This document shows positions 55,553-64,000 of a stretch of 64,000 nt of DNA, one piece after another. How positions within the stretch are numbered: the stretch's first letter is position 1; every line of letters begins with the position of its first letter. The position numbers were made by a program, and so were the translations under genes. The notes below the pieces were generated by a model. The model was not told the DNA's origin and made no database searches. It was given only the letters and a program-made list of their open reading frames with translations. Source of the DNA: Naegleria gruberi (taxonomy: Eukaryota); the NCBI GenBank assembly GCA_000004985.1, contig GG738882.1. One strand, 5' to 3'.

Positions 55553-57494
55553 TTATTTTTGTAAAAGAGCATTAATCTCATTAATTTTCACTGGGAGAAG
55601 CGAGACCATTTGTTGTGCCAACTCGTACTCTGTTTTCGAATCGTCTAGAATAGTATTATTAGCCTTGAAGAATTTAACACAAAATTCATATTCTTTCAAA
55701 CTTTTTGCCATATACTCAATTGTCTTAGTTGGATCGGATGAAATATAATTATAGTACATTCTTGCAACAATTAAACGGGATCTAAAGTATGCTGGTTTGT
55801 TTTCATCTTCAATATTAACTTTGGAAGACTCTACAAATAATTCAGAAAACTTTCCAAATATTGTTATAGTTTTGGAAATACTTTCATTCGTTAAAATTAA
55901 ATAGCTCAAACATGGTACTTACATTGTGTTAATTTTCTTCATACTTGCTTCCTTATATTTGTCCTTCAACTTGTTCTTCAACAATAATAACTCAAAAATG
56001 GATACATAAGTTTCTCCCACTTCAAATGCAATTTGTTTAAGGATGGATCTATAATGAGCCACATTCAATTCATCAATATTTTTCTCCAACAAATCGAGAC
56101 GTCTTTCATGCATTCCACTTTTTGAAATTAAGCAAATAATTTGAGCATGTGATAAACTTACATTTTTCTATCGAGATTTTCTTCGAAAAATATTATCAAT
56201 TTGTAGAGAGAGCTGAGATCTTGTTGTAACTTAATATGATCGGTAACAAATCCGTCAATTACATAGTATTCCATTGATTTTTCAAAACACTTCTTTCCTT
56301 CTCTGAAAATTTCGAGAGCCTCACTAAAGTTTCTGCAAACATACGAGTCAGCTTCATTGTGTTCAATTGGAATGTTATTGAAATAGAATGTATCAAAATC
56401 GTGTCTCTTTTGAATAATTTCCTTCTTTCCATCTTCAGCAACTGCTAGGATACCCTCTGAAATTCTATTGCTTTCATTTAATTCAACCCACGATTTGCTA
56501 TAAATTAACTTGTCGAGACATAATTTTCCTTTGGCCATTGCTACCTTAGCAACAACTTCTTGTTCAATTGTTGAACCGGATGGATTTTGTAAGAGCACGT
56601 ACTCAGCTGCTTTTATAAAGTGAAGAGCAGTCTTATAATCCAAGGCATCTAAAAAGAATGCTGATAATTGTAAACAATTTTCAGCCCAGTCTATCTTGTT
56701 GAATTCAAGCCCACTATCCAATTGTCTTTGAAGAGTGAGATAGCAATATCTTGCTGCTAATTTTGGTTCAGTTGAAACTTGAGCAAGATAGTAGGCTGTT
56801 AATGTGAATGCTCCTTCCATATTCTTTGCAACTTGTTGATCTACTTCTTGTTCATTTTGTTTGAAGAATGAGTAAATATCCTCAGCCCTTTTTAAATATT
56901 CTCTGGCTTTCTCAAAATCATTTCTTTTCGACCAAATTGCACCCAAATAGTTGTATGATTCTGTCATATTATGGATATATTTTAGTTGGGTTGGAGTAGT
57001 GGTATCGGAAATCAAACATTCATGAATAGAAACCAATGAAGAAACTGGTTCGTTTGTAGTGCCAGTCTTTTTAGTTTCACAAACATTTCCTTTCGTATGA
57101 TCTCCTATACAATTAATAGCCTTAATTAAATGATTTTCAGCAGAAGAAACTTCATCTGTGTCATAACAAATTTTTGCTATATTCAACAATACTTTTCCAA
57201 ATAAACATTTTAATTTTTCATTTCCTACTAATTCTTTTGCCATTGCTTCCTATTCCAAGTTAATATATTTCTCCAAATCCCACTTACCAAATCATCTCTG
57301 GCCTTATACTTGTTAGAGTACGGCTGTTCCTCATCCTCTGGTTCTGTTTCCGCCAATTCAATAGCTTCAGCAATCCCTTTGTTGATTTTTTCAATTTGTT
57401 CATCATCGGAAGTGGTCTTGCTCATCATTGTATTGTTGCTGGTGTTTTGTGTTGCTGGATCGATGATAGTGGCTTCCTCTGGCAATAAACTCAT
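55553..57494 (-). CDS. KIFBP: KIF-binding protein (KIFBP/KBP) homologue, 4 exons
   Basis: AYYLAQVSTEPKLAARYCYLTLQRQL aligns to human YYLAQVYQHLEMFEKAAHYCHSTLKRQL. EYYVIDGFVTDHIKLQQDLSSLYKLIIFFEENLDRK aligns to EFFQIDGYVTDHIEVVQDHSALFKVLAFFETDMERR. MHERRLDLLE aligns to MHKRRIAMLE. ..ELAQQMVSLLPVKI aligns to ..ELSKEMVSLLPTKM. Introns 57243-57283 and 56115-56156 verified. Junction at 55893-55910 is ambiguous. Confidence 0.75.
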
Positions 57495-57713
57495 TTTTTT
57501 GTTGTTTTAAATTATTACTCACTTGTGATTACGAAATTGGCGCCAAAATTTCATTCCTCACAATACAAACAACAGAAAAATCATTTTTACTTGTAATTGA
57601 AGACTAATTTGATAATGAGAATTGTTTTCAGTGAAAGTTTACAATAATAAACTCTTCCCCATCACTTTTCAATGTTTGTGTTGACATTCGAATAGAAAAA
57701 CAAATCAAAAAAA

Positions 57714-59281
57714 ATGAAACTTGGAGCACTCAACAGTCTTGTCAGAAACCAAAAGCTTCAACAGGCAGCAAAGAGTTTTAGACCACAAGAAGAATCAACT
57801 AGTCAAGAAAATTCCACACAAAGTTTACTCTTCGATATCGGAACCTTTAGTCTTCATGGTGGTTTATTGAATGGACAAGATCAAGTGGTACCACTTGTGA
57901 AAGATTTCCATTCATGGGTTTATAGATATGATCTTACACGTGGTTTTGCTAAAGGATTAGATGAAAACAAGTTATATTTTGGATTACAATCACATGAATC
58001 TGCTTCTTTCATTCCATATCCAATTGTTAAAAGTGGTGGATGGTTCAGTAATTTGAATGATTTTTCAAAATTGATTAAAGAAGTTGTTAGCAATGTTGAT
58101 GAAAAGTTTAAATCCAAGACTGAAAATTTACCATTCTTAATGACTGGTTATGAATATTTAAATGGACAAAATAAGGCATTGGCAAAGTTGACTCAAGTTG
58201 TTTTTGAAGAATTGAAAAGTTCTAAATTTGCATTCCAGGAACAAACTAAATGTGGTCTAGTTGCCTCAGGTTTGACAAATGGAACAGTTGTAAATATTGG
58301 TTTTGGAACTAATTATTCAATTACCTATGAAGATGGTTGTCCAAAATCTCACATTATTAATCATGGATTGAATGGAAATTACTTTTCAGACCTTTTTGTA
58401 AAGATGATGACAGATCGTGAACAATATGTTGACACACGTAGTGATAGAGCTCGTGTTGTAAAAGCTAAGGATGCAAATTCATTTATTTCTTTGAATTATG
58501 ATTCTGAAAATGTACCTCCAATTGATTATCAATTACCTGATGGAAAGATTATTCATTTGGAAAATGAAAGATACGAAGCTTATGAAAGGTATGTGTTTCA
58601 ATTGAATTGATTATTGAATTTTTAACTTTAAAAAGCTTATTCGAACCAACAAGAAACTTTATTAATCCATACAAACCACTTGAGGAATCATTCATTCCTC
58701 TTCCACAAATGATTCTCAAACACCAAACTACCAACAAATCAGTGTTAGAGAATATTCTATTGATGGGTGGAGTTTCGACATTGAACGGTTTAAGACAGAG
58801 ATTATTCATGGAATTGGATTTGCTTGCTAAGGATGACACTATCAATTGGAATATTATTCAAGCTCAAGATAAATATTTGGCTTATAAGGGTCTTTCAATG
58901 ATGGCTTCAATGAGCTCTTTTGAGAGTTGTTACATTACCAAGCAAGAATATGAAGAGAGTGGTGACTCTGTCTATGTGAGAAGATTCCCAAGAGTTATTT
59001 CAGTCGCTGATGAAGATGAGGAAGATTACAAGAGAACCACTGAGGAAAATACTGAGAGAGAAGAAAACTTCAAATCTCAAGAAGAACCAAAAGAAGAACA
59101 AAAAGCTGTTGAAAATACCAAGCCTTTAGTAGAACAAGAACAACCAAAGATTGAAAAGAAGGCTTCAACTGATTTTGACACTCAAATGGAACAACTCAAA
59201 AAGTTGAAAGAATTACTGGACTCGGGTATTCTTACTCAAGAAGAATTTGCCGAAAAGAAGAAGAAAGTTCTTGGATTATAA
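57714..59281 (+). CDS. Divergent actin-related protein (Arp) with acidic C-terminal extension ending in a SHOCT-like motif. 2 exons, intron 58584-58630.
   Basis: Actin-fold signatures GLTNGTVVNIGFGTNYSITYEDGCP (actin GIVLDSGDGVTHAVPIYEG), YQLPDGKIIHLENERYEAYE (YELPDG..I.IG.ERFR), ILLMGGVSTLNGLRQRLFMEL (IVLSGGSTMFPG...R..KEL). GTATGT..AAAAAG join checked in frame. Confidence 0.65.
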
Positions 59282-59314
59282 ATCTATCTACAAGAGTATA
59301 TTGTTTTTAATAAT

Positions 59315-60325
59315 TTACTTTTTCTTTTCAGCTTGTTCTTTAGCTTTTTCAATTAAAGGTAACAATTCTTTTTCTTCGGCCAAAATCTTCAATAAATTTA
59401 CAAGGAAAGGAACATAATTGTGTCTTCTTCTGGCATTTTCTTGCTTCCATTGGTTGTGTTTTTCTTCTTCCATTTGGAGGTTTGCTTGAACAAGACTAAT
59501 CTTTTCGAATGAGTTTGGTTCTTCTGTTTGGAGACGTACCAATTCTTGTTCGAGTTGTTGTTTCTTATTTCCAATAACAGCCATCAAATTGAATTTAATT
59601 TCATGTTCGGAATACTTTTGAATTCTATTTTGAATTTCAGGAATAATCTTTTCAACCCAATTTTCGTTTGAACATTCACCCAAAAGAATTGGACCACCCT
59701 TCAAACCATCTAATTCATATAAATTTCCTTTAAATGGCAAATATGCAATAAAGTGGAATACATCATCGTCTTTCTTTGGTTTCTTACTCTCCTCAATAAT
59801 GAATGGTTCTGGTCTAGCAAAAGCATTGTGTGCTTGTTTTATCAATTCACTACTTCCAATACTTTCTCCAATAACATCGGATGGAAGACCCAATGAAAAG
59901 GATTTAAATTGTGTAAGCTCATCTCCAAGTTCAACTTTGGCTTCATTTGTATCAATATTCATGAGAATGGACAAAATGGCTTGTGTTGCACAAGCATTTG
60001 TAACAATTTGTTGGGCATAAAACATTCCTTCTGGTGCTTGTTCAAGAATTGGTCTTTCATCTTTTTCCGACATCCACTTGAAAAGAAAGATTAAACCATA
60101 AATTGGTCTTTAGATGAAAAATCAAACAAAATAAATATTAAATATTGTGATCACACCATACTAAAATTAGGCTTGTTTCTCATCATCAACTTACTTTAAT
60201 TCCGAAAGAGTTTCATGATCTAAAGCCCAAAGTTCTTCAACTTGCACTCCTTTAACTCCAAACTTTTCGATCAATTCAGTGAATACGCCAGGATCAGATT
60301 CAATAGTTGTCCAGTTTGATGACAT
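59315..60325 (-). CDS. UCHL5: Ubiquitin C-terminal hydrolase UCH37/UCHL5, 2 exons (intron 60108-60194)
   Basis: Spliced product [135 protein letters not shown]. This is collinear with human UCHL5 throughout. Confidence 0.85.
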
Positions 60326-60526
60326 TTTTTTTTGGAATTGCTCTAATAATAGATTCTTCTTTTTGTTCTTTAAAAGTATTATTTTTCTATTTTATTTAAT
60401 AGCAAATAAGAATATTACTCATTAAACAAAACACTGATTATTGTTTCAAATATTTAATATAAGTGGATTTTGTATAAAAATTGGGCGGAATAAAACGATA
60501 CAATCTAATTTTCAAATAATTAAAAA

Positions 60527-62513
60527 ATGTCTTCAAAAGGTGGAGGTGATGATATTAAATTGGAGATTGAACGAAGAAAAGAGGAAATAAGGAGGAAGAA
60601 GGAAGCTCTGGAGGCATACAAGAATAAGAAATCTGCCTCAGGACAAAAAGTGTCTTTCATTGAGGGATTAGTGCCTCCGAGATCAGCACAACCTCAACAA
60701 ACTCCAACAGAATTGGAAGATAAACAAGAGAAAATATCTACTGCTGTGGATGATTCTAAAATATCAAAACAATCTGTTGTGCCCTTAGTGGATACTAAAA
60801 AAGCAGCAGCAATACAAAGAGGCGAATTATTTGATATTACGAATAATGGAACGATAATTTCAGAAGTTGGAGGAGAGGTAAAACGAGTGAGGGAATTAAA
60901 ATTAATTTCGAGAGTTAATGTAATTGATCTACCTCCGATTGTAAGTTGTCGAATATAACAGAAAATTTGAATTGGAATAGTCGAAAATGATTTATGAAAA
61001 ATCGTCACAAACCGATAGGGAATTCGAGGAACAAACAGTTGCAAAAATAATTGAGGTAGGACCAAATACAAAACAAGGAATTAATGTGGACGACTTGATT
61101 GTCACTGACGATTCTGATTTTACAATACCAGCAGAATACCTTACTAGTATTGAGACAGTCAAGGAAGAGAAATTGGAACAAGAGGATATTGAAAAGAAGT
61201 ACAAAGAAATTTCATCGACTAAGGAATTCCAAGAATTCTTTTTCAAGGCTTCAAGATTTGTTGAAAAGTGTGTCAGACAGCCCTTTGATCCTTTGTTGGA
61301 TTATGCAGATGATTTCACCAACAGCTTCCAAGTTTCAAAATCTGAAAAAGTTAATTTGGAAACAACATTTTTCGATCAAAATATTTGCCAACAGAAAGCT
61401 GTCACTAGCTTATCGTGGTCCCCTAAATTTGAGGAGTTGTTCCTAGCAACATATTGCAGTAGTGATGTTTTGCACGAAAATGAAGGTTTGGTACTTGTTT
61501 GGAATCAACATTATGCAAGAAAACCTGAGCTTCATCTTCATTGTGAAACTCCAATTAGTACAGCTCAATTTTACTCATATAATCCAAGCTTGGTGATAGG
61601 AGGAACATACACTGGTCAGATAGTTGTTTGGGATATTAGAGAAAAAACCTCAGCTCCTGTTATTAGAACTGCCATTAGCTCAAGAAGCCATACTGAGCCA
61701 ATCTTTGGTATGGAAATTGTTGGAAGTTCTGAAGCAGGTCACAATCTTGTGACAATGAGTACTGATGGAAGAATTTGCACTTGGTCGATGAACAAGTTGG
61801 ACACACCACCAGAAGTTGTTGATCTAACCATAACTAAATACGAGCAGCAAGAAAATTCAACACCAACCAATCCAGTAGAATTGATTCAAGGATTAGAACG
61901 TAATTCAGTATATGCACCAACCTCAATTTTGTCCCAAGTAATGAAATTCCCAAAGGGAGAAATTAATAGATTCTATGTTGGTAGCGAGAATGGAATAATC
62001 TACTCTGCAGATAGGTTTGGAAGTAAGAAAGGACTCAATACTGACAAATATCAAGGTCACTTGGCTCCTATTACCTCACTTGATTCACATCCAACGATGG
62101 AATTCTCAGATTTGCTAATTTCATCGAGTATGGATTGGACTTGTAAATTGTGGTGTCAAAGAAAGCAAACATCCCTAATTTCATTTGATGAATTTGAAGA
62201 TTATGTGTACGATGTGAAATGGTCACCTCAAAATCCATCCTTATTTGCAGCAGTTGATGGAGCTGGTATTTTGAGTCTTTGGAATATTAATATTGATCAA
62301 GAAATGCCTATTTACAAAACATCTGTTTGTTCATCAGCATTGAATAAGTTAGAATGGTCAAGAGATGGCAAGAGATTAGTGACAGGATCACTATCTGGAA
62401 GTGTGTATATGTATAATATTGATGAAGAAATTGGAATACCTAAACAAAAGGAATTAGAAACTAAATTATTGGAATCTGTAATAGTTGATTTAGTGGCAGC
62501 TGATACTCTATAA
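60527..62513 (+). CDS. Cytoplasmic dynein intermediate chain (N-terminal coiled coil + WD40 propeller), 2 exons (intron 60943-60982)
   Basis: N-terminus MSSKGGGDDIKLEIERRKEEIRRKKEALEAYK vs rat IC74 [40 protein letters not shown]..AATAG intron joins in frame to the WD-repeat ORF 60987-62513. Confidence 0.75.
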
Positions 62514-62529
62514 ATTAATTATTTACAAT

Positions 62530-62958
62530 TTATTCTTCCTCTGGTTCTTGTTCTTCTTCAGTAGTTTGTTCCACATTTGTTGGTACAGAAATCTTTTTAA
62601 CAATACAGACATTTGTTGATTTATCTTGAGATGATTGAAGAAGATATTTTGTTGATTCACATTCAATTGTTACTATTGGTGAATTTCCTAATCTTTCAGC
62701 TCTTTTCAAAACTCCTCTGACAAAACCCGATGTCTTTTCACAATTATTTTCCAACGTTCCGAAGGCTTTAATACAAAATCCATTATTATCTACACAACAA
62801 TATCCTAAAACTTCTTCCTCTTGTGATGATCTAAATCCACACAATAATTTTCCAATAAATCATAACGATTTTTATAATATTAAAAATCACCTCCACCTTT
62901 TCTATTATGCAATCATCACTTACATTTGCTGAGGCAATCGTTGCAATGATTCATCCAT
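62530..62958 (-). CDS. LAMTOR5: Ragulator subunit LAMTOR5/HBXIP-like roadblock-fold protein, 2 exons (intron about 62830-62922)
   Basis: Spliced MDESLQRLPQQISSQEEEVLGYCCVDNNGFCIKAFGTLENNCEKTSGFVRGVLKRAERLG..PIVTIECESTKYLLQSSQDKSTNVCIVKK. Human LAMTOR5 is [81 protein letters not shown]. Confidence 0.6.
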
Positions 62959-63287
62959 TTTTATTTATTTAATATTTGATTTTTTATTTCTTCTCAAAAA
63001 GATCCAATGTTCAAGTCGTTTATCGTACCATACACACTAAGGAAATCAATCTCTGCATTACAATTTGTTTGTTTTACTCAATTTCCGATAAGAGGACATT
63101 TGAAAATAGGTAGGGACCGCCACCTTCCTATCAAAACGGACATTTTCCTTGTTACTCAAAGTATCCACTCTTCTTAATTGACAAACATAAAAATCAAGAA
63201 AAAAATAGACAAAGAAGCACTCACGGTTGCACCTTTTGATTTTAAAAACCAACACACTTTTGTATCGGAATTGAATTAGGAAATAAT

Positions 63288-64000
63288 ATGACCTCTGATT
63301 GTACTTCATCAATAGGAATATTCATGATGGCTATGGGGGCTGTCTTATCAGCCATTTTCTATCATCACTTGTTATCCTTGAGGACTATTCAGGAACAGAG
63401 TGGAGGATCATCATGGTCAAATATTGATAATTACAAACCAAAGATTTATACAAGTGAACCAAATGAATATAGATTTGCAATGATTGCTGATTTGGACAAG
63501 GATTCAAAATATAAGAATGATTTCAAGTGGAGGAGTTTTGTGATTGTAAGTTTTAATGATGACAATATTGATGATGATTAATCCATTATTGGAATATAAA
63601 TTATAGAAAGGAATAGTGAAAAGAAAAGCAAATGGAAAATATTCCATAGAGTTTGGAAAGGATAATTCTAAATTTGAAATTCAATCCTTATTAGCAAGAA
63701 GAAATAGAAGTATGGAATTGAGTACTTTATCTTTGTGGAGAGGAAAGTTTTATGCTACTTGTGATTATACTGGAATTGTTTATGAAATTGATATGGAACA
63801 AGAAAGAGCTTATCCAAGACATGTTTTATATTCTGGAGATGGAAATACCAAGATTCCATTAAAGGCAGAATGGTCCACTGTTGGTCCTGATGATAGACTT
63901 TATATTGGATCTATTGGAAAGGAATGGGTTGCTAATGGAGAAGCACTCAATAGACATTGTGAATGGGTTAAGGTTATTGATAGAAAATCATACAAGGAGA
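63288..64000 (+). CDS. CANT1: Calcium-activated nucleotidase/apyrase (CANT1 family), 5' part. Intron 63547-63607. Gene continues beyond window end.
   Basis: Signal-anchor IGIFMMAMGAVLSAIF. Apyrase motifs FAMIADLDKDSK..W.S, RRNRSMELSTLSLWRGKFYATCDYTGIVYEI, VLYSGDGNTKIPLKAEW..YIGSIGKEW. Confidence 0.65.

Noticed and set aside
63058-63312. Minus-strand 84-aa ORF upstream of the apyrase gene
   Set aside because: It lies in the promoter/5' region between LAMTOR5 and CANT1, has a non-ATG start and a low-complexity translation.
1-64000. Search for prokaryotic features (operons, RBS, CRISPR arrays, defence islands, IS elements)
   Set aside because: The window is clearly eukaryotic: spliceosomal introns with GT..AG, nuclear tRNAs with Pol III T-run terminators, and genes for TERT, the exosome, dynein and SAGA. 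No direct-repeat/spacer arrays, transposase or RT genes (other than TERT), or LTR/TIR structures were seen.

Overview
This 64-kb window is eukaryotic nuclear DNA, not prokaryotic. It is AT-rich and extremely gene-dense, with about 45 protein genes on both strands, roughly one per 1.4 kb. Introns are short, about 45-95 nt, with GTAAGT/GTATGT donors and AG acceptors. TAA/TAG/TGA all act as stops, so the genetic code is standard. Three nuclear-type tRNA genes have 3' T-runs, and a 456-nt assembly gap (N-run) sits at 2408-2863.

I recognise the following products by motif: telomerase reverse transcriptase (truncated at the window start), a RasGEF, exosome Rrp4, ERH, SGF29, a MOB1 kinase activator, a C2+RasGAP protein, a NOX-type NADPH oxidase, a copper nitrite reductase (NirK) with all Cu ligands, an SMARCAL1-like SNF2 ATPase, SCAR/WAVE, a type-II (K+-independent) H+-pyrophosphatase, a sperm-tail-PG-repeat (STPG) protein, KIF-binding protein, an actin-related protein, UCH37/UCHL5, cytoplasmic dynein intermediate chain, LAMTOR5 and a CANT1-type apyrase.

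This gene content points to a free-living, flagellum-capable protist. H+-PPase is absent from animals and fungi, while NirK, NOX and STPG repeats are all present. Together with GC near 30% and the very compact genome, a heterolobosean (Naegleria-like) amoeboflagellate is my working hypothesis; it is not proven.

There are no CRISPR arrays, no mobile elements and no prokaryotic defence systems. The main second-look items are:
- MOB1 reads in-frame through a canonical intron into the C2-RasGAP gene.
- An SH3 domain is embedded in the NOX dehydrogenase domain.
- A NirK gene lies 377 nt upstream of NOX.
- An actin-related protein carries a bacterial-type SHOCT-like C-terminal motif.
- A membrane protein carries a catalytically dead NlpC/P60 domain.
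- An 18-nt GTAAGT..AG segment holding an in-frame TAA sits inside the KIF-binding protein gene.
- ERH has a one-codon first exon (ATG|GTATGT).

Caution on the ORF track: its 'M' starts are often TTG/GTG/CTG, so I re-derived true ATG starts and splice joins by hand where I could.
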